Origin: Pseudomonadota bacterium
GTDB lineage: Bacteria; Pseudomonadota; Gammaproteobacteria; Burkholderiales; Burkholderiaceae_C
Assembly (NCBI GenBank): GCA_021799355.1
Contig: JAJZAQ010000009.1
Coordinates: forward strand, 7,189-71,188
Reading direction: 5' to 3'
DNA: 64,000 nucleotides
This document shows, piece by piece, positions 10,454-19,354 of this stretch. Below the pieces are notes generated by a model. It had not been told where the DNA came from, ran no database searches, and saw only the letters and a list, made by a program, of their open reading frames with translations. The translations under genes and the position numbers were made by a program. Numbering within the stretch: position 1 is the stretch's first letter; every line of letters begins with the position of its first letter.

Positions 10454-11482
10454 TCAACCCTTCTGCTCGGCCTCGAGGTAAGCCAGGCTGATGTATTTGC
10501 CGATGTTGTTATCCCAGCCCAGCGTTTCCTTGGCTTTGGACGCCACGCGCGGGTCGGCCTTGGCCGCGGCGATTGCCGCGTCGGGCCCGGCCATGTCGCG
10601 TGCGGCTTTTTGCGCGTGCTCCCAAATCGCGGTGAACAGCTCGCGCTGCCACGCCATCACCTCGCGCCCGGCGTGACCGTGGCCGGGCAACCAGTTGCTG
10701 CCCGGGATGTTCTTCTCCAGCGCGTCCATGTAAGCCAGGCTGCCGGGGAACGAGCCTTCGTCCATATTGGCAATGCGCCGGTTCATCATCACATCGCCAA
10801 CGTAGGTGACTTTATCCTGCACCACCTCCATGCACAGATCCGAAGGGGTGTGCGCGGTGCCGTAGTGGTGCAGGCGGATCGTGACGTCGCCGTAGTCGAA
10901 CGTGTCGCCGTGTTTGACGTCGGTGTTGGGCGCGACGATGCGGGTGCCGGCGGTGGACTGGTTGGTCCACTTGAGCATCGCCTGCTCCCATTCGGTGCCG
11001 GTATTGCCGAGGATTTCCTTGCGGGTGTGCTCCATCGCGTAGATCGGCAGATCCTTGCCATAGGCGGTGACGAAGGCGTCGTTGCCCAGCCAGTGGTCGC
11101 CGTGGTAGTGCGAGTTGAACACCGCGATTACCGGTTTGTCGGTCACGGTCTTGATCTGGCGGATGGCCATTTCGCCAATCTGCACCGACGCCCCCGAGTC
11201 GAGGATGACCACGCCCTTTTGCGTGACCACGAAGGTCACGTTGCTCATCATGCCCTTGTTCGCCTCGGTCGGAAACCCGTCGGCGGCGTAGATCACGTAG
11301 GTGTGCGGGCCCAGCCGCGTCGGCGCGACGTCGGGCACCTTGGGGCCGCGGATGAAGTCCGCGGCGTCGGCAGCGAACGCGGCGATCTGCGGGAATGCGG
11401 CCAGCGCAGCGGCGCTGCCGGCGCCGAGTACACCCCAGCCGAGCAGGCGGCGGCGCTGCACATCAAACGAGGCGGCAGTCAT
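10454..11482 (-). CDS. periplasmic MBL-fold metallo-hydrolase (Tat signal)
   Basis: Twin-arginine leader QRRRLLGWGVLGAGSAAALAAF. HxHxDH motif present as SHYHGDHW. Start taken at the internal ATG 11482. Confidence 0.8.
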   Translation of the reverse strand: MTAASFDVQRRRLLGWGVLGAGSAAALAAFPQIAAFAADAADFIRGPKVPDVAPTRLGPHTYVIYAADGFPTEANKGMMSNVTFVVTQKGVVILDSGASVQIGEMAIRQIKTVTDKPVIAVFNSHYHGDHWLGNDAFVTAYGKDLPIYAMEHTRKEILGNTGTEWEQAMLKWTNQSTAGTRIVAPNTDVKHGDTFDYGDVTIRLHHYGTAHTPSDLCMEVVQDKVTYVGDVMMNRRIANMDEGSFPGSLAYMDALEKNIPGSNWLPGHGHAGREVMAWQRELFTAIWEHAQKAARDMAGPDAAIAAAKADPRVASKAKETLGWDNNIGKYISLAYLEAEQKG

Positions 11483-11506
11483 GTGAAAATCCCGAAAACG
11501 AAACGA

Positions 11507-11522
11507 TACATTTTGAAATGTA
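11507..11522. promoter_or_regulatory. AT-rich 16-nt palindrome, candidate operator upstream of the MBL hydrolase gene
   Basis: TACATTT-TG-AAATGTA with perfect 7-bp arms. It lies 25-40 nt upstream of ATG 11482 and downstream of fabA. Confidence 0.35.
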
Positions 11523-11581
11523 GCGCCGATCGCCTGGCGGCGACAGGGTGTTTTCACGCAGACACCAGCGGGTGCTGGCGG

Positions 11582-12097
11582 TCAGAACCCTTCGGTCGAG
11601 GTGAACAGGCCGACGCGCAGATCCTTGGCGGTGTAGATTTCGCGGCCGTCGACCAGCATGGTGCCATCGCCGATTCCCATGACCAGCCGGCTGTTGATCA
11701 CCCGTTTCAAATCGATGCGGTACTGCACCAGCTTGGCCGTGGGCAGCACCTGCCCGGTGAATTTCACCTCGCCGACGCCCAGCGCCCGCCCGCGTCCGGG
11801 TGCGCCGATCCAGCCGAGGTAAAAGCCGACGAGCTGCCACATCGCGTCCAGCCCGAGACAGCCCGGCATCACCGGGTCACCCTGGAAATGCACGGCAAAA
11901 AACCACAGATCGGGGTGGATGTCGAGCTCGGCGAGGATCTGCCCTTTGCCGTAAGTGCCGCCCTCCGTGGTGATCGAGGTGATGCGGTCCATCATCAACA
12001 TTTCGCGCAGCGGCAGTTGGGCGTTGCCGGGGCCGAACAGCCGGCCTTCACCGCAGGCGATGAGATCTTGTTTGCTGTAGGAGGAGGGGCGGGTCAT
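11582..12097 (-). CDS. fabA: 3-hydroxydecanoyl-ACP dehydratase/isomerase
   Basis: 171 aa. Contains [24 protein letters not shown], the FabA active-site region. Confidence 0.95.
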   Translation of the reverse strand: MTRPSSYSKQDLIACGEGRLFGPGNAQLPLREMLMMDRITSITTEGGTYGKGQILAELDIHPDLWFFAVHFQGDPVMPGCLGLDAMWQLVGFYLGWIGAPGRGRALGVGEVKFTGQVLPTAKLVQYRIDLKRVINSRLVMGIGDGTMLVDGREIYTAKDLRVGLFTSTEGF

Positions 12098-12151
12098 AAA
12101 AGCGCGTCGCAGGTCAATCGATAAATCTTAGCGGCTGCTACAGTTCGTCCC

Positions 12152-12721
12152 ATGATCGGACGACTGCACGGCACCCTGCTCGACAAATCTCCGCCACAGA
12201 TCCTGCTCGACGTCGGCGGTGTCGGCTACGAGGTCGATGTGCCGATGAGCACGCTATACGCCCTGCCCACAGTCGGCCAGGCGGTGACGCTGCTCATTCA
12301 CAGCGTGGTGCGCGAGGACGCGCATCTGCTCTACGGCTTTGCCACTGCCGGCGAGCGCGCCGCCTTCCGCGAGCTGCTCAAAATCAGCGGCATCGGCCCG
12401 CGCATCGCGCTGGCTGTGCTTTCCGGGCTGAGTGTGGAGGAGATCGCGCAAGCGGTGACGCAGCAGGACGCGGCGCGCTTCACCCGCGTTCCCGGCATTG
12501 GAAAAAAAACCGCCGAACGGCTGCTGCTCGAACTCAAGGGCAGGCTCGGCGCCGATCTCGGGCCGGCGGCGGCGCAGCCGGGTGCCACTGCCGACGTGCT
12601 GCAGGCGCTGGTCGCGCTGGGCTACTCAGAGCGCGAAGCCGGCGCCGCGGTCAAAGCGCTTCCCGCAGGCTGCGGGGTGGACGAAGGCATCCGCCTGGCG
12701 CTGAAAAACCTGGCGCGCTAG
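12152..12721 (+). CDS. ruvA: Holliday junction branch migration complex subunit RuvA
   Basis: N-terminus [28 protein letters not shown]. HhH segments [13 protein letters not shown] and [12 protein letters not shown]. Confidence 0.95.
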   Translation: MIGRLHGTLLDKSPPQILLDVGGVGYEVDVPMSTLYALPTVGQAVTLLIHSVVREDAHLLYGFATAGERAAFRELLKISGIGPRIALAVLSGLSVEEIAQAVTQQDAARFTRVPGIGKKTAERLLLELKGRLGADLGPAAAQPGATADVLQALVALGYSEREAGAAVKALPAGCGVDEGIRLALKNLAR

Positions 12722-12939
12722 GGAAACGCGAGAGCACGCTGCAAACCGCCCGCGCAGCCATGTCTGCGGCGTTTCCTTGGTGGCAAACGTAACGGCAGGG
12801 TATCTTCTGCAACCAGGTGTTGCCAGAGGCTGCCGGGTCATGTAGCCGACATCTGCGCTTCCAACAATCCCTGCCTGGCGCGCAGACGGCTCAGGCCGCT
12901 GCCGCGCACGCATCGTCCACATCGACAGGGAGTCACACC

Positions 12940-14682
12940 ATGTTGCGCAAAACCCTTCTGGCCACATCGCTGGCGCTGACCGCCGCAGCCATTGCCGCCT
13001 GCGGCGGCGGCTCCAGCGCAGCCACCGTGCCCGGCACCAACTACACCGCCGCGCGCGCCTTTCCCACGGCCACGCCGATCAAGCACCTGGTCATCCTCTA
13101 CCAGGAGAACGTGTCGTTCGACCACTACTTCGCCACCTACCCCAGCGCCACCAACCCGTCCGGTGAGCCGGCGTTCAAGGCCAATGCGGCTACGCCTGCG
13201 GTCAACAACCTGGTCAGCGCCAATCTGCTGACCAACAACCCCAACTTCACCAACCCCGCCAACGGCAGCGACGCGGCCAACCCGTTCCGCCTGGACCGCA
13301 CCCAGGCTGCCACCGCCGACCAGAACCATGCGTACACCGCCGAGCAGCAGGCGTACGACAACGGCAAGGCCGACCTGTTTCCCAAATACACCGGCAAGGG
13401 CACCAGCGGCGGTGTCGGCGCGTTCGGCACCAAGGGGCAGGTGATGGGCTACTTCGACGGCAACACCGTCACCGGCCTGTGGAACTACGCGCAGAACTTT
13501 GCGATGAGCGACAACGCCTACACCGACACCTACGGTCCGTCGACTCCCGGCGCGCTCGAAGCGGTGGCCGGGCAGACCAACGGCGCGACCTTCCCGGTGA
13601 CCAGCAAAAAACCGTTCACCCTTGCGGCTTACAGCTACTACATCGCCGACGGCCAGGGCGGCTACACCGACATCAACGACGTCGATCCGGGCTACGACGT
13701 GTGTTCGAGCAAGACCGACCAGATGATGCTCAACGCGCCCAACATCGGCGACCTGCTCAACGCCAAGGGCATTTCCTGGGGCGGGTTCATGGGCGGGTTC
13801 AACCTCAGCGTGGTCAACCCCAACGGCACCACCGGCTGCCAGCGCAGCACCTACTCCAACGTCATCGGCCAGCCCATCACCGACTACATCCAGCACCACA
13901 ACTGGTTCCAGTATTTCAAGAGCACGGCCAACCCGACCCACGCCCGGCCGAGCTCGACGCTGGCGATCGGCCACACCCTGCAGACCGACGGCAAGACCCC
14001 CGATCCCGCCAACCACGAATACGGGCTGCAGGACTTTTTCGCTGCGGTCAAGGCCGGCAACTTCCCGGCGGTGGCGTACCTGAAAGCCCCAGCGTTCGAA
14101 GACGGCCACGCCGGCTACTCCAACCCTCTCGACGAGCAGATGTACCTGGCCAAAGTCATCAACTTCCTGGAGCAACAGCCGCAGTGGGACAGCACCGCGG
14201 TCATCGTCACCTGGGACGATTCCGACGGCTGGTATGACCACGCCTACGCCAACCCCACCAACCCCTCGTTCGACGCCCAGGCCGACCAGCTCAACGGCTC
14301 CGGCGTGTGCGGCAGCGGTACGCCGATGAACGGGGTGGGCGGCAAGCCGGTCAACGGCCGCTGCGGCCCGGGCACGCGCATTCCTTTCCTGGTGATTTCG
14401 CCGTGGGCCAAGACCAACTACGTCAGCACCCAGCGCATCAGCCAGGCGTCGATCGTGCGCTTCATCGAGGACAACTGGCTGGGCGGCCAGCGGCTGGGCG
14501 GCGGTTCGTTCGACGCCACCGCCGGTTCGCTGATGGACCTGTTCGATTTCAGCGGCCCGCAGGGCAAGGCGCCCAAGGTGTGGATCGACCCGAACACCGG
14601 TCTGGTGGTGAGCCAACCCCCGGCCGGCAGCACCTCGCCGACCTTCACGACCCCGGCGAACATCAACGTCGCCACGTCGTGA
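12940..14682 (+). CDS. phosphoesterase-family lipoprotein (AcpA-type acid phosphatase / non-haemolytic phospholipase C family)
   Basis: Lipobox LTAAAIAAC. Has the QENVSFDHYF and WDDSDGWYDH segments characteristic of the PLC/AcpA phosphoesterase family. Confidence 0.8.
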   Translation: MLRKTLLATSLALTAAAIAACGGGSSAATVPGTNYTAARAFPTATPIKHLVILYQENVSFDHYFATYPSATNPSGEPAFKANAATPAVNNLVSANLLTNNPNFTNPANGSDAANPFRLDRTQAATADQNHAYTAEQQAYDNGKADLFPKYTGKGTSGGVGAFGTKGQVMGYFDGNTVTGLWNYAQNFAMSDNAYTDTYGPSTPGALEAVAGQTNGATFPVTSKKPFTLAAYSYYIADGQGGYTDINDVDPGYDVCSSKTDQMMLNAPNIGDLLNAKGISWGGFMGGFNLSVVNPNGTTGCQRSTYSNVIGQPITDYIQHHNWFQYFKSTANPTHARPSSTLAIGHTLQTDGKTPDPANHEYGLQDFFAAVKAGNFPAVAYLKAPAFEDGHAGYSNPLDEQMYLAKVINFLEQQPQWDSTAVIVTWDDSDGWYDHAYANPTNPSFDAQADQLNGSGVCGSGTPMNGVGGKPVNGRCGPGTRIPFLVISPWAKTNYVSTQRISQASIVRFIEDNWLGGQRLGGGSFDATAGSLMDLFDFSGPQGKAPKVWIDPNTGLVVSQPPAGSTSPTFTTPANINVATS

Positions 14683-14683
14683 C

Positions 14684-16168
14684 ATGGCTGCGCTGCTGAA
14701 CCCACCGGCAGCGCCCGCCGCGCCGGCCCGCACTCCGCGGCGCCGGCGCTGGCTGGGCGCGGGCGCCGTGGCGCTGCTGGCGGCAACCCTGGGCGGCTTC
14801 GCCTGGGGGATGCATGAGCAGCCGTCGATCCCGCCGATAGCCTGGCTGCTGCATCCGGTCGACAGCTTCACCTACGCGCTGGGCGGCAACCCGCACCCCG
14901 TGGCGCTGCACCTGCCGCAGAACGCGCCGCTGTCAGCGGTGGCGCAACTCGGCAAGCAACTGTTTTTTGACACCGCGCTGTCCGGTTCTGGCAAGCAGTC
15001 GTGTGCGTCTTGCCATGACCCGGCCGCCGGGTACGGCCCGCCGCCGGGCAGCGGCTCGGTGATGCTCGGCGGCCCTGCGCTGCAAACCGCTGGGTTTCGC
15101 CCGCCGCCGTCGCTGGCCTACCTCTACCGCCAGCAGAACTTTTCCATCGGCCCGGACAACGACACCAACGAAAACTCCAACCTGACTCAGCTCATCCAGG
15201 CCGCGCAGGGCGCCGCACGCGCCACCAAAACCGCCGCCAGCACCGCGCAGACCGCGCAGAACCTGGTGCCGCAGGGCGGGCTGTTCTGGGACGGCCGCGC
15301 CAACACCTTGCAGCAGCAGGCCGCCGGCCCCTTGTTCAACCCGGTGGAAATGGACGCCGGCTCGCCCGAGCGTGTGGCCGCAATCATCGCCCGCCAGCCC
15401 TACGCCAAGGACTTCGTGCAACTGTTCGGCCCCAATGTGTTCGACGACCCGAAGCAGGTCACGGCCGAGGCCTTGTTTGCGATTGCTCGGTACGAAGTCG
15501 AAGACCCGAGCTTTCACGCGTTCAGCAGCAAGTTCGACGCCTGGTTGCAGGGCAAGGCGCGGCTGACGCCGCAGCAAATGCGCGGCTACCTGGCGTTCAA
15601 CGACGTGAACAAGGGCGACTGCGCCGCCTGCCACCTCGACCGGCCCACGCGCGATCATCTGCCGCCGCTGTTCACCGACACGCAATACGAGGCGCTGGGC
15701 GTGCCCCGCAATCCGCACATCCCGGCCAACGCCGACCCGCGTTACTTCGACCTCGGGCTGTGCGGCCCGTTCCGCACCGACCTGAAAGATCAGACGCAGT
15801 ATTGCGGCATGTTTCTGACGCCGACGCTGCGCAACGTCACCCGCCGCCCGGTGTTTTTCCACAACGGGGTCTACCACTCGCTGCAGCAGGTGCTGGACTT
15901 CTACGCCTTCCGCGACGTGCAGCCGGAGAGAATCTACCCCACCGCCGATGACCGGGTGCGCAAGTTCGACGACCTGCCCGCTGCGTACCGCGCCAATGTG
16001 GACGTGACCGACCCGCCGTTCAACCGCAAGCCGGGGGAGGCGCCGGCGATGAGCGCGCAGGACATGCGCGACATCATCGCCTTTCTTCGCACGCTCAATG
16101 ACGGGTGGACGAAGCGGCAAGCGCCGACGGCACGCCAGGCATCGACGCCGCCAGCGCCGGCGGGTTGA
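14684..16168 (+). CDS. di-haem cytochrome c peroxidase family protein
   Basis: Two CxxCH motifs (CASCH, CAACH) and a CCP-like FFHNGVYHSLQQV segment. N-terminal membrane/signal anchor. ATG starts 1 nt after the upstream stop. Confidence 0.85.
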   Translation: MAALLNPPAAPAAPARTPRRRRWLGAGAVALLAATLGGFAWGMHEQPSIPPIAWLLHPVDSFTYALGGNPHPVALHLPQNAPLSAVAQLGKQLFFDTALSGSGKQSCASCHDPAAGYGPPPGSGSVMLGGPALQTAGFRPPPSLAYLYRQQNFSIGPDNDTNENSNLTQLIQAAQGAARATKTAASTAQTAQNLVPQGGLFWDGRANTLQQQAAGPLFNPVEMDAGSPERVAAIIARQPYAKDFVQLFGPNVFDDPKQVTAEALFAIARYEVEDPSFHAFSSKFDAWLQGKARLTPQQMRGYLAFNDVNKGDCAACHLDRPTRDHLPPLFTDTQYEALGVPRNPHIPANADPRYFDLGLCGPFRTDLKDQTQYCGMFLTPTLRNVTRRPVFFHNGVYHSLQQVLDFYAFRDVQPERIYPTADDRVRKFDDLPAAYRANVDVTDPPFNRKPGEAPAMSAQDMRDIIAFLRTLNDGWTKRQAPTARQASTPPAPAG

Positions 16169-16565
16169 GCCGCTGCGCCATCTGCGCCAGAACCTGTGCG
16201 GCGTCCGCCTTGGCATGCGCCTGTAAATGGGCGTGCAGGCTGCCGTGCGGCGAAACCCACAGCAGCGTGCCGGCGCGGCGCAGGGCGAACCCGCGGTGCC
16301 TGGCGCCTTCGACGATGACCCAGTCGCAACAGTCGTGCGCGTGCAGCAGCGCGCGCCCCAGCGCGACGGCCAGCGCCTGCACGGCGCCGGGCTGCAGCGT
16401 CTGCGCGGGGTGCGCGTCGAGAACGCGCTGAATCAGCGGCAGATCGTGCGTGCTGCTGCCGCTGAGCATCTCCCCGTCGCTATGGTGTTCGACCAGCGCA
16501 TCGGCGGCGTGCAGCCACTGCGCGAGTTGACGAAAATCGGCGTGATCCGGGCTGGATAGTCGCAT
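16095..16565 (-). CDS. hypothetical protein
   Basis: 156 aa from ATG 16565 with high GC3. I recognise no motif. The 3' end overlaps the convergent peroxidase gene by 74 nt. Confidence 0.4.
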   Translation of the reverse strand: MRLSSPDHADFRQLAQWLHAADALVEHHSDGEMLSGSSTHDLPLIQRVLDAHPAQTLQPGAVQALAVALGRALLHAHDCCDWVIVEGARHRGFALRRAGTLLWVSPHGSLHAHLQAHAKADAAQVLAQMAQRLNPPALAASMPGVPSALAASSTRH

Positions 16566-16639
16566 CGCATCCTCCAGGGTGAGCAGACGAACCGTAAGAC
16601 GGGCAAAATGCCGCTGCGACTTTTTGTACTCCTGCCAAC

Positions 16640-17521
16640 ATGACAAAACAAGCGAGAGCCGGGGCGGCACCCCTCGGGATGGGCGCTGAGTGGGTGCGCT
16701 GGCACCGCGCTGGCGATCTGGGCGGTACCGAGCTGCTCAGCGCCCGCTTCGTGCGTCACCGGTTCGCACCGCACGCGCATGACACCGCGGTGATCGCGCT
16801 GATCGAAGACGGTGGCGAACGCTTCGTGCACCGCGGGCAGGAGCACGTCGCCACCGCCGGCAGCCTGATCGTCATCGCCGCCGGGGAGGTGCACACCGGC
16901 GAGCGGGCCAGCGCCGCGGGCTGGGCGTACCGCGCGTTCTACCCCGGCGCCGGTGTGCTCGACGCCCTGCTCGACGCCCCGAGCGGAGTGCCGCCGGCCG
17001 CGCTGGCCTTTCCCCGGCCGGTGCTGCGCGACCCGCCGTTGTTCTCCCGCCTGCGCAGCCTGCACCGGCTGTTGCATGCCAGCAGCGACGCGCTGCACCG
17101 CGCCAGCGCCTGGCAGCAGGCGATGGGCGCGCTGCTGCTGCGCCATGCCGCGCGCACGCTGCCGACAGTGGGCGCCGAGCCGGCAGCGGTGCGCCGCGCG
17201 CAGGAACTGCTGCGCAACGATCTGGCCGGACGCTGCACCCTGCACGAACTGGCGCGCGCCGTCGGCCTGAGCCCGTGGTATCTCAACCGTGCGTTTTCCC
17301 GCGCCGTGGGCATGCCGCCGCATGCCTGGCGGAACCAGTGGCGGCTGGCGCAGGCCAAAACCCTGCTGCGCCAGGGGATGCCGCCGGCTGAGGTGGCGGT
17401 GCAACTGGGTTTTGCCGACCAGTCGCATCTGCACCGCCATTTCAAACGCGCATTCGGTGTCACGCCGGGAGTGTTCGCACAGCGCAAAACCGTTCAAGAC
17501 GCGGCGGCACGGCGTGGCTAA
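16640..17521 (+). CDS. AraC-family transcriptional regulator (cupin N-domain)
   Basis: C-terminal double helix-turn-helix: LHELARAVGLSPWYLNRAF and GFADQSHLHRHFKRAFGVTPGVF. Confidence 0.9.
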   Translation: MTKQARAGAAPLGMGAEWVRWHRAGDLGGTELLSARFVRHRFAPHAHDTAVIALIEDGGERFVHRGQEHVATAGSLIVIAAGEVHTGERASAAGWAYRAFYPGAGVLDALLDAPSGVPPAALAFPRPVLRDPPLFSRLRSLHRLLHASSDALHRASAWQQAMGALLLRHAARTLPTVGAEPAAVRRAQELLRNDLAGRCTLHELARAVGLSPWYLNRAFSRAVGMPPHAWRNQWRLAQAKTLLRQGMPPAEVAVQLGFADQSHLHRHFKRAFGVTPGVFAQRKTVQDAAARRG

Positions 17522-17530
17522 GCTGCGCCC

Positions 17531-18265
17531 ATGGACACCGTTTCCCCCCGGCCAGCCGCCTGCACCGCCTTCGCCCGCGAAGCCCTGCATGGCGCGCGCG
17601 ACACCGTGCCGCTGCTACTCGGCGCGGCACCGTTCGGTCTGATCTTCGGTGCGCTGGCGGCGGCTTCGCCGCTGGGAGTGGGCGGGGCGCTGGCGATGTC
17701 GGCGCTGGTGTTCGCCGGTTCGGCGCAGTTCATCGCGCTGAGCCTGCTGTCGGGCGGTGCAGCCGGCTGGGTGGTGGTGCTCACCACCTGGGTGGTGAAT
17801 CTGCGCCATCTGCTCTACGCCGCCAGCCTGCAGCGCGGCGTGGCGCGGCTGCCGCAGCGCTGGCGGCTGCTGCTGGCGTTCTGGCTCACCGACGAAACGT
17901 ATGCCACGGTGTACCACCGCTACCAGCACGACGGCGACGGCGCCGCGTTGCGCCACTGGTACACCGCCGGTTCGGGCGCGGCGATGTACGTCAACTGGCT
18001 GGGATGGACGGCCGCCGGTGCGCTGCTCGGCCAGGCCAGCCCGGCGCTGACCCATCTCGGGCTGGAGTTCGCGCTGGTGGCGACGTTCGTCGGCATCGTC
18101 GCGCCGCTGCTGCGTCAGCGCACCAGCCTGGCGGTCGCGCTGACCGCGGCGGCCGTCGCACTGACCGCGCGCGGCCTGCCGTACAAACTCGGTCTACTCG
18201 CCGCGGCGCTGGCCGGGGTGGCGGTGGGGGTGTGGTTGGACGCGCGCAATGGGAGCGGGCAATGA
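17531..18265 (+). CDS. azlC: AzlC-family branched-chain amino acid exporter subunit
   Basis: 244 aa polytopic membrane protein. Contains the FAGSAQF segment. Followed by an overlapping azlD. Confidence 0.85.
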   Translation: MDTVSPRPAACTAFAREALHGARDTVPLLLGAAPFGLIFGALAAASPLGVGGALAMSALVFAGSAQFIALSLLSGGAAGWVVVLTTWVVNLRHLLYAASLQRGVARLPQRWRLLLAFWLTDETYATVYHRYQHDGDGAALRHWYTAGSGAAMYVNWLGWTAAGALLGQASPALTHLGLEFALVATFVGIVAPLLRQRTSLAVALTAAAVALTARGLPYKLGLLAAALAGVAVGVWLDARNGSGQ

Positions 18266-18597
18266 GCAGCTGGGGCGAGGCGGCGGTGATCGGCGGCATG
18301 GCCGCGGTCACTTTCGGTATCCGCTACGTGTTGTTTGCCCTGGGCGGGCGGCTGCAGTTCGCCCCGCGGGTGCAGCAGGCGCTGCGCCATGTACCGGTGG
18401 CGGTGCTCACTGCCATCGTCGTGCCCATGGTGCTGCTGCCCGACGGCCAGCACTGGAATCTGGGCTGGCGCAACCCCTGGCTGGCCGGGGCGCTGGGCAG
18501 CGCCGTGCTGGCGCTTGCCACCCGCCGGCTGCTCGCGGCGATCGCCGGCGGCATGGCGGTGTATCTGCTGTGGCGTTTCGGGCTGCGGTTTACTTGA
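18262..18597 (+). CDS. azlD: AzlD-family membrane protein
   Basis: 111 aa, about 4 TM helices. ATG 18262 overlaps the azlC TGA. Confidence 0.8.
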   Translation: MSSWGEAAVIGGMAAVTFGIRYVLFALGGRLQFAPRVQQALRHVPVAVLTAIVVPMVLLPDGQHWNLGWRNPWLAGALGSAVLALATRRLLAAIAGGMAVYLLWRFGLRFT

Positions 18598-19327
18598 CCG
18601 CGGCCAGGCGTTTTTCCACCTCTTCCTGCGGCAGTGCGCCTTCCATGCGGCTGCCGTCCATGAAAATCAGCGTCGGCGTCGAGGAAATGCCGAGTTTTTC
18701 CGCCAGTTCGACGTTGGCCTTGAGCGGATCGGCGCAGCTGGCCGGTGCCTTGGGCGGCTGCACTTCGTTGTTCATCCAGCTCAGCCAGGCTTTGCTGCGG
18801 TTGGGCGCGCACCAGATGTCGCGCGCCTGCTGCATGGACTCGCGGCGGATGATGGGCACGACGAACACGTGCAGCGTGACGTTGCCCATTCTTTCCAGCG
18901 TGGCCTCCATTTTGTGGCAGAACGGGCAGTACGGATCTTCAAAAATCGCAATCTGCCGCTTGCCGTTGCCGAAGACCAGCGGGAATGAGTCCTTGAACGG
19001 CAGGTCTTTCCAGTTCACCCGGCGCAGCTCGTCGATCCGCGCCTTGGTCACGTTGGTCTGGGTTTTGGTGTCGAAAATTTCGCCGGCGAACAAAAACGTG
19101 GCGTGCGCGTCGGTGTAGAAAATTTTGCTGCCGACATCGACCTCGTACAGCCCGGCGTAGGGGGTTTTGAGGATTTTGGCGTTGGCCGGCAGGCCGGGCA
19201 TGACTTTTTCCAACGCAGCCCGGGTTTCGGCTAGGGTTTGCGCCATCGCCGGTACGGCGACGACGGCCAGCGACAGCGCCGCCACGCGCAGCAGACGGGA
19301 CATGGGACGGAAGGGGTGTGAGTTCAT
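18590..19327 (-). CDS. periplasmic thiol:disulfide interchange protein, DsbC/DsbG family
   Basis: Signal peptide LRVAALSLAVVAVPAMA. Thioredoxin-fold active site DPYCPFCHK. Start taken at ATG 19327 rather than the upstream TTG. Confidence 0.85.
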   Translation of the reverse strand: MNSHPFRPMSRLLRVAALSLAVVAVPAMAQTLAETRAALEKVMPGLPANAKILKTPYAGLYEVDVGSKIFYTDAHATFLFAGEIFDTKTQTNVTKARIDELRRVNWKDLPFKDSFPLVFGNGKRQIAIFEDPYCPFCHKMEATLERMGNVTLHVFVVPIIRRESMQQARDIWCAPNRSKAWLSWMNNEVQPPKAPASCADPLKANVELAEKLGISSTPTLIFMDGSRMEGALPQEEVEKRLAAVK

Positions 19328-19354
19328 GAACAGGCAAAGGCGCAAAGCGCCGCG

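Noticed and set aside
12098-12151. LexA (SOS) box in front of ruvA.
   Set aside because: There is no CTGT-N8-ACAG match in the 54-nt divergent region. Only CTGCTACAG is present, and its spacing is wrong.
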